The notes below the pieces were generated by a model. That model made no database searches and was not told where the DNA came from. It saw only the letters and a program-made list of their open reading frames with translations. Shown here one piece after another: positions 9,967 through 20,837 of a stretch of DNA of 64,000 nt. The stretch is from the NCBI GenBank assembly GCA_963742095.1, contig CAVUKJ010000001.1, positions 34,494 to 98,493 on the forward strand, written 5' to 3'. Each line of letters begins with the position of its first letter. Within the stretch, counting starts at the first letter, position 1. A program made the position numbers and the translations under genes. This stretch comes from an uncultured Alphaproteobacteria bacterium. Its GTDB lineage: Bacteria; Pseudomonadota; Alphaproteobacteria; Rhizobiales; Xanthobacteraceae.

Positions 9967-11559
9967 TTATTTGTCGAGCCAGACGTCCTCGTAGCGGTAA
10001 CCGTTGTAGGCGCTGTTGGTCATGATCGTCATGTTCTTGACGAACGGCTTCCAGCAGGTGCCCGAACGCGCATGCATGAGGATCGGACGCGCCACGTCCT
10101 CCTGCAGCTTCTTGTCGATGTCCCACACCATCTGCTTGCGCTTCTGGACGTCGGTCTCGACCGACTGCTTGTCGAACAGCGCCTCGAGCTCCTTGTTGCA
10201 GTAGTGCGTGTAGTTGCGTTCCGAGCCGCAGGCATAGTTCTCGTAGAAGGCCTGATCCGGATCGTCGATGCCGTTGCCGGTCAGGTTGAGGCCGACCGAA
10301 TAGTCGTTACGCGCAACCTTGGCGAACCACTGGCTCGATTCCACCGGATCGAGTTCGGCATCGATCCAGATGGTCTTGAGCTGGTCGATCAGCACCACCG
10401 CCGGATCGCGATAGGTGGCGAGGTTGCGCGTCGACACCTTGATCTTGAGCGGATTGCTCGCGCTGTAGCCGAGCTTGGTCATGATGGCGCGGGCCTGTTC
10501 GCGGTCCTTCTGCACGTCGCCATAGCCCGGGATTGTCTTGAGCATCTCGGGCGGCATGCCCCAGACGCCTTCGGGCGGTGGCAGCAAAGTGCCGCCGGCA
10601 TCCGCCGCCCCCTGGAAAATAATGTCGATCATCGACTTGCGGTCGAGCGCTAGCGCCATCGCCTTGCGCAACTCGATATTGTTGAACGGCGGGTTCTCGC
10701 GGTTGACGATGAGATTGGTCGAGACGTTGATCGGGCCGATCTCGCAGACCGCGGTCGGATCCTGCTTCTTGATGTCGGCGATCAAGGCCTTGGTCATCTC
10801 GGTCGGGAAGGTCATGTCGACCTTGCCGGCGACGAAGGCCAGCACGGCTGTAGCGCGGTTGCTGATGATTGTGAACTCAATGCCGTCGAGATACGGCAGG
10901 CCCTTCTTCCAGTAGTTCTCGTTCCTGGCGAGCTTGATGGACTCGTTCTGCTTGAACTCGACGAATTTGAACGGTCCGGTGCCGATCGGATGCGTGCGCA
11001 TCTGCGCCGCCGGCACGTGGCACGAATAGATCGGCGTGTAGCCCGAAGCGAGCATCGCGATCAGCGACGGCTGCGGACGCTTGAGATGCAAGGTCACCTC
11101 GAGATCGCCGTTGGTCGTCACATCGGCGATGTTATTGAACAGGTCCTTGCGCGGATTCTTGCGGAACTTGTCCTGGCCCTTGCCCTGCAACAGGTCGAAC
11201 GTGCACTTCACATCCTTGGCCGTGAACGGCTGGCCGTCATGCCAGGTGACGCCCGGGTGCAGCTTGAAGATGAGCGCGAGATTATCGGCGCTCCACGACC
11301 AGCTGTCGGCAAGCTCCGGCATGATCGTGCCCATCGAATTCTGGGGCTTGTGCTGATCGTAGATGACGAGGTTGTTGTAGATCGGCATCGCCGGGACGTT
11401 GACGGTGAACGTCGCCTCTTCGTGAATCGACAGGCTCGGCGGCGTCTCACGATGATAGATGTGCAGGATACCACCGTGCTTGGGTTCGGCGGCTTGCGCG
11501 CCGGCGATCGACGCAACGGCCAGAGCAGCCGCCGCCAGAGCGGTGAACTTCGCTGTCAT
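9967..11559 (-). CDS. ABC transporter substrate-binding protein, family 5 (peptide/nickel)
   Basis: 530 aa with a signal peptide (MTAKFTALAAAALAVASIAGAQA). SBP_bac_5-like sequence. First gene of the five-gene minus-strand operon. Confidence 0.85.
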   Translation of the reverse strand: MTAKFTALAAAALAVASIAGAQAAEPKHGGILHIYHRETPPSLSIHEEATFTVNVPAMPIYNNLVIYDQHKPQNSMGTIMPELADSWSWSADNLALIFKLHPGVTWHDGQPFTAKDVKCTFDLLQGKGQDKFRKNPRKDLFNNIADVTTNGDLEVTLHLKRPQPSLIAMLASGYTPIYSCHVPAAQMRTHPIGTGPFKFVEFKQNESIKLARNENYWKKGLPYLDGIEFTIISNRATAVLAFVAGKVDMTFPTEMTKALIADIKKQDPTAVCEIGPINVSTNLIVNRENPPFNNIELRKAMALALDRKSMIDIIFQGAADAGGTLLPPPEGVWGMPPEMLKTIPGYGDVQKDREQARAIMTKLGYSASNPLKIKVSTRNLATYRDPAVVLIDQLKTIWIDAELDPVESSQWFAKVARNDYSVGLNLTGNGIDDPDQAFYENYACGSERNYTHYCNKELEALFDKQSVETDVQKRKQMVWDIDKKLQEDVARPILMHARSGTCWKPFVKNMTIMTNSAYNGYRYEDVWLDK

Positions 11560-11741
11560 ATAATCCTCCCCTAGGTCCGCGCGGTCGGCTCGTTGGCCGC
11601 CGCTGCTTGTTCGTTGCCAAGCACGCTAGCCGGAGTGTTTTGCCCGATCAACCGCTGGCGCACCGCAACAATGGCGGCTCGCTTGCCATCGCCGCCGCTT
11701 GGCCCCACCATGCCGTTAGTGACGGCTTGGAACCGGGTAGC

Positions 11742-12797
11742 GTGACAGGCGAGAGCGACCATATCGTCGCCGAGGCGGCGGCGCGGATATTTGCGGACCT
11801 CGCCGATTCCCAGACCATCAACCGGGCAAAGGACGACGGCTGGAAGGCGCCGCTGTGGCGGGCGCTGACCGAAGCCGGGTTGCCGCTTGCCTGGGTGCCC
11901 GAGCAATTGGGCGGCTCCGGTGCGAGGCTCGACGACGGCTTTGCCGTCCTCGGCGCCGCCGGACGCTTTGCGCTCGCGGCGCCGCTTGCTGAAACTCTAA
12001 TCGCCGGCTGGTTGCTGGCGCGCGCGGGGCTGCAAGCGCCCGCCGGCGTCATGACCGTCGCCCCTGCCCGGCCGCTCGACCGCATCACGCTCGGCAGCGA
12101 CGGCACGCTCGGCGGCCGCGCCATCGGCGTTCCGTTTGCGGCGGATGCGCAGCACATCGCCGTGCTCGCTGACGATACCGTTGCGCTGGTCGCGGCCAAA
12201 GACTGCCGGATTGACGAGGGACGCACGCCTGCCGGCGATGCGTCGAACGTGGTGACCTTCGAGCGCGTCAAGCCGCTCGCCAGCGCGAAAGCGTCGAAGG
12301 GCTTTGACACCTTGTCGCTGATGCTGATGGGCGCGGTCGTGCGCAGCGTACAGACCGCCGGCGCGCTCGAAACAGTTCTCGCGCTCAGCGTGGCCTATGC
12401 CAACGAGCGCGTCGCCTTCGAGCGCAAAATCGGAAAATTCCAGGCGGTGCAGCAGAACCTCGCGCGCCTTGCCGGAGAAGTCGCAGCGGCGCTCGCGGTC
12501 TCCGGCTCCGCCGCCGACGCGCTGGCGCAATCCGGCGCCTTCGACGAAGCGCTGTTTCTCGAAGCCGCCTCCGCCAAAATCCGTTGCGCCGAAGCCGCGA
12601 CCGAGGGCGCCGCGATCGCGCATCAGGTGTTCGGCGCCATCGGCTTCACCAAGGAGCACGTGCTGCACCGCTTCACCACGCGCATGCTGGCGTGGCGCGA
12701 CGATTTCGGCAACGAAAGCTGGTGGGCGGCGGAGCTCGGCAAGCGCGTCGCGCGGCGCGGCGCCGATGAATTCTGGCCGCTGGTGGCGTCGCGATGA
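11742..12797 (+). CDS. acyl-CoA dehydrogenase family protein (start uncertain; 11607/11727/11742 possible)
   Basis: ACAD-like sequence (WRALTEAGLPLAWVPEQLGGSG..., C-terminal FGAIGFTKEHVLHRFTTRMLAWRDDFG). ATGA overlap with the next ACAD gene. Confidence 0.7.
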   Translation: MTGESDHIVAEAAARIFADLADSQTINRAKDDGWKAPLWRALTEAGLPLAWVPEQLGGSGARLDDGFAVLGAAGRFALAAPLAETLIAGWLLARAGLQAPAGVMTVAPARPLDRITLGSDGTLGGRAIGVPFAADAQHIAVLADDTVALVAAKDCRIDEGRTPAGDASNVVTFERVKPLASAKASKGFDTLSLMLMGAVVRSVQTAGALETVLALSVAYANERVAFERKIGKFQAVQQNLARLAGEVAAALAVSGSAADALAQSGAFDEALFLEAASAKIRCAEAATEGAAIAHQVFGAIGFTKEHVLHRFTTRMLAWRDDFGNESWWAAELGKRVARRGADEFWPLVASR

Positions 12798-13954
12798 GCA
12801 CCGATCTGCACTTCGACCAGATCCGCCTGCCGGGCGAATGCGAGGCGCTGCGCAAGGATGTGCGCGCCTTCCTCGCCGACGAGGTCGCCAAGGGCACCTT
12901 CGATCCGCACCGCCCCGGCCACGGCGACTCGCAGGATCGCGCCTTCTCCAAGCGCGTCGGCGCCAAAGGCTGGATCGGCATGACCTGGCCGAAGAAATAT
13001 GGCGGGCAGGAGCGCTCGTTCCTCGAACGCTATGTGGTGACGGAAGAATTCCGCGTCGCCAACGCGCCGGTCCGCCTGCATTTCGTCGCCGACCGCCAGA
13101 GCGGGGCGATTTTGCTCAAATACGCGCCCGAACACATTAAGGCAGACATCCTGCCGCGCATCTGCCGCGGCGAATTGTGCTTTGTCATCGGCATGAGCGA
13201 ACCGAACTCGGGCTCCGACCTGTTCGCGGCGAAGACGAAGGCCACCAAGGTCGACGGCGGTTTCAAGATCAATGGCTCAAAGATATGGACCAGCAACGCG
13301 CATGTCGCCGACTACATGCTCGGCCTGTTCCGCACCTCACCGCCAACGAAAGAAAACCGCCGCCACGGCCTGACGCAATTTCTCGTCGACATGAAGACGC
13401 CGGGCATCACGGTCAATCCGATCTACCAGATGACCGGCCAGCACGATTTCAACGAGGTCGTGTTCGATGACGCCTTCATCCCCGACGATCATGTCATGGG
13501 CGAGATCGACGGCGCCTGGAAGCAGGCGACCAGCGAGCTCGCCTATGAGCGCAGCGGGCCGGAGCGCTTTCTCGAGACATTCTACGTCATGCTCGAATTG
13601 ATCCGCGCGCTCGGCCCCGAGCCCGATCTGCGCAGCGCCGAAGGCCTCGGCCGGCTCACCGCACAACTGCACACACTACGCAGAATGTCGGTGTCGGTTG
13701 CCGGCATGCTGCAGGCCGGCAAAGAGCCGGTGGTGGAAGGCTCGATCGTCAAGGACCTCGGCACCATCTGGGAGCAGAAGCTGCCGCATCGCGTGCGCGA
13801 ACTGACTGCGTTCCTTGCGCCCGAGATCGGCAACCGCGCGACGCTGGAAGAGCAGCTCGCCTTCGCCACCACGGTCGCGCCCAAGCTCACCATCCAGGGC
13901 GGCACCACCGAAATCCTGCGCGGCATCATCGCCCGCGGCCTGGGGCTGCGCTGA
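12794..13954 (+). CDS. acyl-CoA dehydrogenase
   Basis: 386 aa with GMSEPNSGSDL and an ACAD C-terminal domain ending QGGTTEILRGIIARGL. Confidence 0.85.
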   Translation: MSTDLHFDQIRLPGECEALRKDVRAFLADEVAKGTFDPHRPGHGDSQDRAFSKRVGAKGWIGMTWPKKYGGQERSFLERYVVTEEFRVANAPVRLHFVADRQSGAILLKYAPEHIKADILPRICRGELCFVIGMSEPNSGSDLFAAKTKATKVDGGFKINGSKIWTSNAHVADYMLGLFRTSPPTKENRRHGLTQFLVDMKTPGITVNPIYQMTGQHDFNEVVFDDAFIPDDHVMGEIDGAWKQATSELAYERSGPERFLETFYVMLELIRALGPEPDLRSAEGLGRLTAQLHTLRRMSVSVAGMLQAGKEPVVEGSIVKDLGTIWEQKLPHRVRELTAFLAPEIGNRATLEEQLAFATTVAPKLTIQGGTTEILRGIIARGLGLR

Positions 13955-16132
13955 TGCCCGACATCGGCAAAATGCTGTGGCCAAAATCGGTCGCCGTGGT
14001 CGGCGCCTCCTCCGACATTCACGGCCTGCGCGGGCGCATTCTCGAAATCATCCTGAGCCATCCGTACGAGGGCAAGGTCTATCCCGTCAGCCGCAGCGCG
14101 GCCGAGGTGCAGGGGCTCAAGGCCTATCCATCGGTTGACGCCCTGCCCGAGCCGGTCGATCTCGCCATCCTCATTATTCCCGCGCAGTACATCCCGGCCG
14201 AGCTCGAACGCTGCGGCAAGGCCGGCATCAAGGCGGCCGTCATTCTCTCCTCGGGTTTCGCCGAGGAACCGGGCGAGACCGGCGCGCGCATGCAGAGCGA
14301 CATCGCCGCGATTGCGCGGCGCTACGACATGGCGGTAAGCGGCCCGAACACCGAAGGCTTCGCCAATATCGCCGCCGGTCTCTGCCCGACCTTCTCGCCG
14401 GCGCTCGACAAGAACGCCGGGCCGATCCGGCCGAAGCGCGCGCTCGGCGCCGGACAGGTGTCGGTCATTTCGCAGAGCGGCGGCCTCGGCTTTGCTTTCT
14501 TCGACCGCGCCCGCCCGCGCAACCTCGCCTTCCGCCACATCGTCACCACCGGCAACGAGGCCGCGCTCGAAGTCTTTGACGTGGTCGATTACCTGCTCGA
14601 CGAGATGGGCACCGACGTTTTCCTGCTGCTCTTGGAGGACGTGAAGTCGCCGGAGAAGTTCAAGCGCGCCGCCGAACGGGCTTTGCGCCTCGGCAAGCCG
14701 ATCATTGTCGGCAAGATCGGCCAATCCGAACCGGGCAGCCGCGCGGTTGCCTCGCACACCGCGGCGCTCGCCGGCTCGCAGGCCGCCTACCGCGCCATGT
14801 TCGAGCGCTACGGCATGATCGAGGCGCGCGATCTCGACGAGATGCTCGACCTCGCCGCCGGTTTTCTCGCCTGCGGCGACCGGATGCCGGCGGGCAACCG
14901 CGTCGGCATCTGCACCTCCTCGGGCGGCGCCGGCGTGTGGATGGCGGACGCCTGCGCCACGGCGGGACTCGACGTGCCGGTGCTGGACGAGGCGACGCGC
15001 AAGGCGATCGACGTCCACATCCCGTCCTACGGCACCTCGCAGAACCCGGTCGATTCCACGGCGCAAGGCGTGCACAAGATGGGCTACGCCACCTTCGCGC
15101 GGCTGGTCGCCGACTCTCCGCTCATCGACGGCGTGATCGTCGTGGTCACGGCACGGCGCTCGGCTTTCCTCGAAGGCGACCTGCCGAAGCTCAAGGACCT
15201 CAAGCGCGACGGCAATAAGCCCGTGTTCATGTGGACCTACACGCTGCCCTCCGACCGCAGCGTCGAAATCCTCAACGAGGCCGGTTATCCGCTGTTTACC
15301 GGCGCGCTCGGCTGCGCCCGCACCATGCGCGCCATGGCCGACTACCGCGCGCTGCGCGAGCGCATGCTGAAGGCGCCGCAAACCGCGGCTGCCCCGCATC
15401 CGGCGCGCGACAAAGTGCGGGCCAGCCTTGCCACGAGCGACGCTATATTGAGCGAATGGCAGTCTCGTCCGTTGCTCGCGGCCTACGGCATCGGCGAAGG
15501 CGGTCGCGAGCAACTGGCCCAATCCGCCGCCGTCGCGGAAGCGGTCGCCCGCACCATCGGCGGACCGGTGGCGCTGAAAGTCCAGTCGCCCGACGTTCCG
15601 CACAAGACCGAGGCCGGCGCGGTCGCACTTAATATCTCCGCTGACGGCGCGCGTGACGCCTACGAGCGCGTGCTCGCCAGCGCCAAACACTACGCGCCGG
15701 CGGCGCGCATCGAGGGCGTGCTGGTGCAGCCGATGGCGAGGCCGGGCCGCGAGGTCATTCTCGGCATCAATCGCGATGAGCGCTGGGGCCCGCTGCTGAT
15801 GGTCGGACTCGGCGGCGTGCTGGTCGAGGCGATGGGCGATGTCGCGCTGGCGCCGGTGCCGCTCGACCGCGATGCCGCGCTCGCGCTGCTCGGCCGCCTC
15901 AAGGGTGCGGCCATGCTCGGCCCCTATCGCGGCATGCCGGCGGCCGACACCGAGGCGCTCGCCGATCTGATAGTGAAGCTGTCGCGGTTCGCGGCGGACC
16001 ACGCCGACGACATCGGCGAGATCGATCTCAATCCGGTCATCGTCCACAACAAAGGCGAAGGCGTCATCGGTGGTCGATGCCTTGATCGTCAAGCGAGCGC
16101 AGCCGACCGAGCGCCGTACTGCGGCCGAGTAG
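13954..16132 (+). CDS. ADP-forming acyl-CoA synthetase (CoA-binding plus ATP-grasp); extreme 3-prime end disrupted by an apparent extra G at 16069-16070
   Basis: VAVVGASSD CoA-binding N-terminus and an ATP-grasp C-terminal half. After GEGVI the listed frame has low GC3 and ends at 16149. The alternative frame reads VVDALIVKRAQPTERRTAAE, stops at 16132, has high GC3, and leaves an AAGGA SD before the next gene. Confidence 0.8.
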
Positions 16133-16145
16133 AAGGATCAAGCGG

Positions 16146-16931
16146 ATGAGTGACATCGGCATCGAGAAAACCGGCCACGTCGCCTTGGTCGAGATCAGGC
16201 GGCCGCCGAACAATTTCTTCGACATCCCGCTGATCAAGGAAATCGCCGCGGCGTTCGAGGAATTCGATACCGACATCGACATCCGCGCCGTCGTGCTGGC
16301 CTCGCAGGGCAAGGTGTTCTGTGCCGGCGCCAATTTCGGCGACGGCGCGACGCTCGACAAGGAAGGCCGCCGGCCCGGCGAGCCGATGCCCGGCGTGCAG
16401 TCGCTCTACATCGAGGGTAACCGCCTGTTCCGCACCAAAAAGCCGATCGTCGCCGCGATCCATGGCGCGGCCGTCGGCGGCGGGCTTGGCCTGGCGATGG
16501 TTGCCGACTTCCGCGTCACCTGCCCCGAGGCGCGCTTTTCCGCCAACTTCACCCGGCTCGGCTTCCATCCGGGCTTTGGCCTGACGGTGACGCTGCCCGC
16601 CGTGATCGGCGAAACCAAGGCGGCGCTGATGTTCTACACCTCGCGCCGCGTGCCGGGCGACGAGGCCTACGCCTGGGGCCTTGCCGACGTGCTGGTGCCG
16701 CAGGGAGAGGTGCGCGAGGCATCGTTGAAACTCGCCGCCGAGATCGCCGAGAACTCGCCGCTGGGCTTGATTGCGACGCGCAATTCCATGCGCGGCACGC
16801 TCGCCGACCGCGTGCTCAAGGCGACCGAGCACGAATTGCAGGAGCAGACGCGGCTGCGCAAGACCGACGACTTCAAGGAAGGCGTCAAGGCGGTGGCCGA
16901 ACGCCGCGTCCCCAACTTCACCGGGCGCTGA
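16146..16931 (+). CDS. enoyl-CoA hydratase/isomerase family protein
   Basis: Crotonase signature AAIHGAAVGGGLGLAMVADFRV. Confidence 0.85.
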   Translation: MSDIGIEKTGHVALVEIRRPPNNFFDIPLIKEIAAAFEEFDTDIDIRAVVLASQGKVFCAGANFGDGATLDKEGRRPGEPMPGVQSLYIEGNRLFRTKKPIVAAIHGAAVGGGLGLAMVADFRVTCPEARFSANFTRLGFHPGFGLTVTLPAVIGETKAALMFYTSRRVPGDEAYAWGLADVLVPQGEVREASLKLAAEIAENSPLGLIATRNSMRGTLADRVLKATEHELQEQTRLRKTDDFKEGVKAVAERRVPNFTGR

Positions 16932-17776
16932 TGTTCCCCCCACCCAATTCCTGCGACTGCCACGTCCACGTGATCGGCCCCAAGGGCCGTTTCCCGCTGC
17001 CGGCGACCCGCCGCTACACGCCGTCGGACGCGACCGCCGCCGAGCTTGCCGCCATGTTGAAGCGCCTCGGCATGACGCGCGTCGTCATCATCCAGCCGAG
17101 CTTCTACGGCACCGACAATGCCTGCACCCTCGATGGCATGCACCAGGTCGGCAATGCGCGCGGCGTCGCCGTGCTGCCGGCGCAGGTGCCGAAGGCCGAG
17201 CTCGATGCCCTGCACAAGCAAGGCATCCGCGGCATCCGCATCAACATCGCGACCGTCGGCGGCGCGCCGCTCGAGGAGATCAAGACGAAGGTCGCGGCCG
17301 CCGCAAAGCTCGCCGAAGCGCACGGCTGGCACGTGCAGCTCTTCGTCGCCGCCGACGTCATCGAGCCGATCACGCCGGTCTTGCGCGCGCTGCCGGTCGA
17401 CAGCGTGATCGACCATTTCGGCCTGATCGCGCCCGGCACCGCCGGCGGCCCGCTGCGCGCGCTGCAAGGCCTGCTCGAAAGCGGCAAGACCTGGGTAAAG
17501 ATCTCCGGCGCCTACCGCATCGATAATAATCCGCAGAATCCGCTGATCGATCCGCTCGCCCGCGCGCTCTGCAAAGCCAATCCTGAACGTATCGTCTGGG
17601 GCTCGGACTGGCCGCACACGCCGCCGCACACCATCCAGAAGCCGCTCGACCAGGAATCGCCGTTTCAGAACGTCGACACGCTGGGCTTGCGCGATCTTTT
17701 GCCGCGCTGGCTCGAGGATGATGCGCTGATTTCGCGCGTGCTGGTGAGCAACCCGGCGAAGCTCTACGGCTTCTGA
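16931..17776 (+). CDS. amidohydrolase-2 family hydrolase (LigI/PDC-hydrolase-like)
   Basis: CDCHVHV metal motif. 281 aa. The start overlaps the upstream stop. Confidence 0.8.
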   Translation: MFPPPNSCDCHVHVIGPKGRFPLPATRRYTPSDATAAELAAMLKRLGMTRVVIIQPSFYGTDNACTLDGMHQVGNARGVAVLPAQVPKAELDALHKQGIRGIRINIATVGGAPLEEIKTKVAAAAKLAEAHGWHVQLFVAADVIEPITPVLRALPVDSVIDHFGLIAPGTAGGPLRALQGLLESGKTWVKISGAYRIDNNPQNPLIDPLARALCKANPERIVWGSDWPHTPPHTIQKPLDQESPFQNVDTLGLRDLLPRWLEDDALISRVLVSNPAKLYGF

Positions 17777-18837
17777 ACCGCCGCCGCCACCGCCTCGCCG
17801 AACTTGTCGGTGCCGACCTTGCCGCCGATGTCGGACGTGCGCGTCTTCGGGTCGGCGATTGTTCTGTCGAGCGCCGCCTCGATCGCGGCCGCTGCTTTCA
17901 CAAGATTGCCGTCCTTGCGCCGCTCGCCGAGCCACGCCAGCAGCATCGCCGCCGAGCCGATCAGCGACGACGGATTGGCGATGTTCTTGCCGGCGATGTC
18001 GGGCGCCGAGCCATGCTGCGCCTGCGCCACGCCATGCTCCGCGCCGGCATTGAGCGACGCGGCGAGACCGAGACTGCCGGCGATCTCGCTCGCCTCGTCG
18101 GAGAGAATGTCGCCGTACATATTGGTGGTGACGACGACGTCGAACTGGCTGGCGTCGCGCACCAAGAGCGCCGCCATGGCGTCGATGATGCGCTCCTCGT
18201 AGGCGACTTGCGGATAGCTCTTCGCCACCGCGCGCACGCAGTCGAGATAGAGCCCGTCCGACACCCGCAGCACGTTCGACTTGTGCACGGCGGTGACCTT
18301 CTTGCGCCGCTGCATCGCCAGCCTGAACGCCGTCTCCGCGATGCGCGTCGAGCCGCTGCGCGTGATCTTGCGCACCGCGAGCGCGAGGTCCGGCGTCGGC
18401 ATGAACTCGCCCGAGCCCTGGAACATGTTGCGGTCGGCGTAGAAGCCTTCGGTGTTCTCGCGCACAATGACGAGATCGACCGGCTTGCCGCAGCGCGGCG
18501 GAAAGCCGTCGCGCGAACGCGCCGGGCGGATGTTGGCGTAGAGATCGAGGCGCTTGCGCAATTCGCCGGACGGATTGGGGCCGCCCTCGGCCGCCGGCGG
18601 ATACTCGTTGTGCGACACGGGGCCGAGCACCACGCCGTCGGCGGCCTTGGCCTTGTCGATCACCGACAGCGGAAACGTCGTCTTTTCCTTGCGGTGCGCG
18701 GCCCAGCCGACGTCGGCATTGCTGAATGCAAACTGCAAGCCGAAGGCGCGATCGGCCGCGCGCAGCACGGCGAGCGTCGCGGCCGTGATTTCCGGACCGA
18801 TGCCGTCGCCCTCGATCACCAGGATATTGATCGCCAT
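17764..18837 (-). CDS. isocitrate/isopropylmalate/tartrate dehydrogenase family oxidoreductase
   Basis: EGDGIGPEI N-terminus and family signature NMYGDILSDEASEIAGSLG. GGAGG lies 10 nt before the ATG at 18837. Confidence 0.85.
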   Translation of the reverse strand: MAINILVIEGDGIGPEITAATLAVLRAADRAFGLQFAFSNADVGWAAHRKEKTTFPLSVIDKAKAADGVVLGPVSHNEYPPAAEGGPNPSGELRKRLDLYANIRPARSRDGFPPRCGKPVDLVIVRENTEGFYADRNMFQGSGEFMPTPDLALAVRKITRSGSTRIAETAFRLAMQRRKKVTAVHKSNVLRVSDGLYLDCVRAVAKSYPQVAYEERIIDAMAALLVRDASQFDVVVTTNMYGDILSDEASEIAGSLGLAASLNAGAEHGVAQAQHGSAPDIAGKNIANPSSLIGSAAMLLAWLGERRKDGNLVKAAAAIEAALDRTIADPKTRTSDIGGKVGTDKFGEAVAAAVQKP

Positions 18838-18934
18838 GCGGTACAAGCCTCCTATTTTTAACTTTGCATCGCCATAGGCCGTGGTCTAGCCTTCGCGCCA
18901 ACAAAAACACGCCGCAGTTTGGGGAGGATGAGCC

Positions 18935-19900
18935 GTGAGAATTCTGCGATCGCTTCTGCTTGGGTTGACGCTGCTGTGTCCGGCGCTGGCGCATGCCGAG
19001 GACTTCCCCAGCCGCACAATCCACCTCATTGTCCCCTTCCCGCCGGGCGGCCCGAACGACATCATCGCGCGCGTCGTCGCGCAGAAGATGCAGGACATCG
19101 TCAAGCAGACGATCGTGGTCGACAACAAGCCCGGCCAGGGCGGCGTCATCGGCACCGACTTCGTCGCCAAGTCCGCGCCCGACGGCTACACCATCGGCAT
19201 CGTCAGCGCCGGTGCGTTGGCGATCAGCACCAGCATGGAGAAGGTGCCCTACGACTCGCTCAAGGACCTCGCGCTGATCACCACGGTCGCGACGGTGCCG
19301 GAGATGCTGGTGGTGGCGACCGACGTGCCGGCGAGCAACATGAAGGAACTTGTGGCGCTCGCCAAATCGCAGCCCGGCAAGCTCAACTTCGCCTCGACCG
19401 GCCCTGGCAGCATGCCGCATCTCGCCGGCGAACTGTTCAAGCTCACCGCCAAGGTCGACATCGTGCACGTGCCCTACCGCGGCGCAGCCCCGGTCATCAA
19501 CGATCTGCTCGGCCAGCACGTGCAGATGGTGTTCCTCGACCTGCCGGTGCTGCTGCCGCAGATCAAGGCCGGCAAGATCAAGCCGATTGCCGTCGGCGCG
19601 CCCAAGCGCGTCAGCGGCGCGCCTGATGTGCCGACCACCGCCGAGGTCGGCATGCCGGGACTGCTGACGGAAAACTGGTACGGCATGGTGGCCGCGGGCA
19701 AGACGCCGCCTGCCATCGTCACCGCGCTCAACAGGGCGGCGGTCACGGCGATGAAGGATCCCGCCGTCATCGACAAGCTGGCGAGTCAGGGCGCGACCCT
19801 GGTTGGCGACAGTCCGGATCATTTCCGTGCCTACGTCGATAGCGAGACCAAGAAGTGGGCCGGAGTCATCAAAGCCGCCGGCGTGCAGACGACGAAGTAG
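18935..19900 (+). CDS. Bug/TctC family tripartite tricarboxylate transporter substrate-binding protein
   Basis: Signal peptide followed by FPSRTIHLIVPFPPGGPNDIIARVVAQKM. GTG start 7 nt after GGGGAGG. Confidence 0.85.
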   Translation: MRILRSLLLGLTLLCPALAHAEDFPSRTIHLIVPFPPGGPNDIIARVVAQKMQDIVKQTIVVDNKPGQGGVIGTDFVAKSAPDGYTIGIVSAGALAISTSMEKVPYDSLKDLALITTVATVPEMLVVATDVPASNMKELVALAKSQPGKLNFASTGPGSMPHLAGELFKLTAKVDIVHVPYRGAAPVINDLLGQHVQMVFLDLPVLLPQIKAGKIKPIAVGAPKRVSGAPDVPTTAEVGMPGLLTENWYGMVAAGKTPPAIVTALNRAAVTAMKDPAVIDKLASQGATLVGDSPDHFRAYVDSETKKWAGVIKAAGVQTTK

Positions 19901-19904
19901 CGGC

Positions 19905-20813
19905 GTGCACACCGCCGATACGCCCGCCGAACCGCCGAGCTGGACGGCCTCGCCCAGCAAACCGAAGCTGAAGCTGCCGCCCGGCGCCTGTGACGCCCAT
20001 GTGCACGTGTTCGGGCCGCGCGCGCGTTTTCCGTTTGCGGAAGGCCGCAGTTTCACGCCGTCGGACGCGCCGAAGGAAACGCTGTTCGCGCGGCATGCGC
20101 TGCTCGGCATCGAGCGTTGCGTCATCGTGCATACGGCGGCGCACGGTTACGATCTCGCCGCCACCGCCGATGCGATTGCCGCCAAAGGCGGCGCCTATCT
20201 CGGCGTCGCGCTGGTGCCGGTGACGATCTCCGACACGGACCTGAAGCGCGCCGACGCGCAAGGCTTCCGCGGCGCGCGCTTCCACTACATGCAGCATCTC
20301 GGCAAGGGCACGCCGATCGAGGACGTCATCGCCTTCGGCAAGCGGCTCGCCGCCATCGGCTGGCATCTGCAGATTCACATGGCGGCGGAGCTGATTGGCG
20401 AATTGGCGCCGGCACTCAGGCGTTCGCCCGTGCCCGTGGTGATCGACCACATGGGCCGCATCGACGCTTCGCGCGGGCTCGATCAGCAGCCGTTCCGCAA
20501 TCTGCTGGCGCTGATGCAGGACAAGAACGTGTGGATGAAGGTCAGTGGCGCCGATCGCGCCACGCGCCAGGGGCCGCCCTACGCCGACGTCGTGCCGTTC
20601 GGGCGCAAGCTCGCCGAGGAATTCGGCGACCGCTGCGTCTGGGGCACCGACTTTCCGCATCCCAACCACCAGGGCCCGATCCCCGACGACGGCGCGCTGG
20701 TCGATCTGATCGAGCAGATCGCGCCAGGCGCCGCGCAGCGGCAGGCTCTGCTGGTGGACAATCCGCAGCGTTTCTACCGGTTCGGCAAGATCGGGCCGGC
20801 CAGGGACGCTTAA
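19905..20813 (+). CDS. amidohydrolase-2 family hydrolase
   Basis: CDAHVHVFGP motif. Paralogous to 16931-17776. The GTG start 4 nt after the Bug stop is inferred. Confidence 0.75.
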   Translation: MHTADTPAEPPSWTASPSKPKLKLPPGACDAHVHVFGPRARFPFAEGRSFTPSDAPKETLFARHALLGIERCVIVHTAAHGYDLAATADAIAAKGGAYLGVALVPVTISDTDLKRADAQGFRGARFHYMQHLGKGTPIEDVIAFGKRLAAIGWHLQIHMAAELIGELAPALRRSPVPVVIDHMGRIDASRGLDQQPFRNLLALMQDKNVWMKVSGADRATRQGPPYADVVPFGRKLAEEFGDRCVWGTDFPHPNHQGPIPDDGALVDLIEQIAPGAAQRQALLVDNPQRFYRFGKIGPARDA

Positions 20814-20837
20814 AGACGTCTAGAGGAGGTTTGAAGC

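Noticed and set aside
13582-16092. 836-aa minus-strand ORF. Similar long antisense ORFs lie at 706-1962, 4810-5856, 6737-7846, 8780-9994, 16667-20125, 48435-49877 and 58113-60059.
   Set aside because: They lie antisense to genes with clear family signatures. Their translations are Arg/Ala/Gly/Pro-rich with no motifs. Long stop-free antisense frames are expected in very GC-rich DNA.
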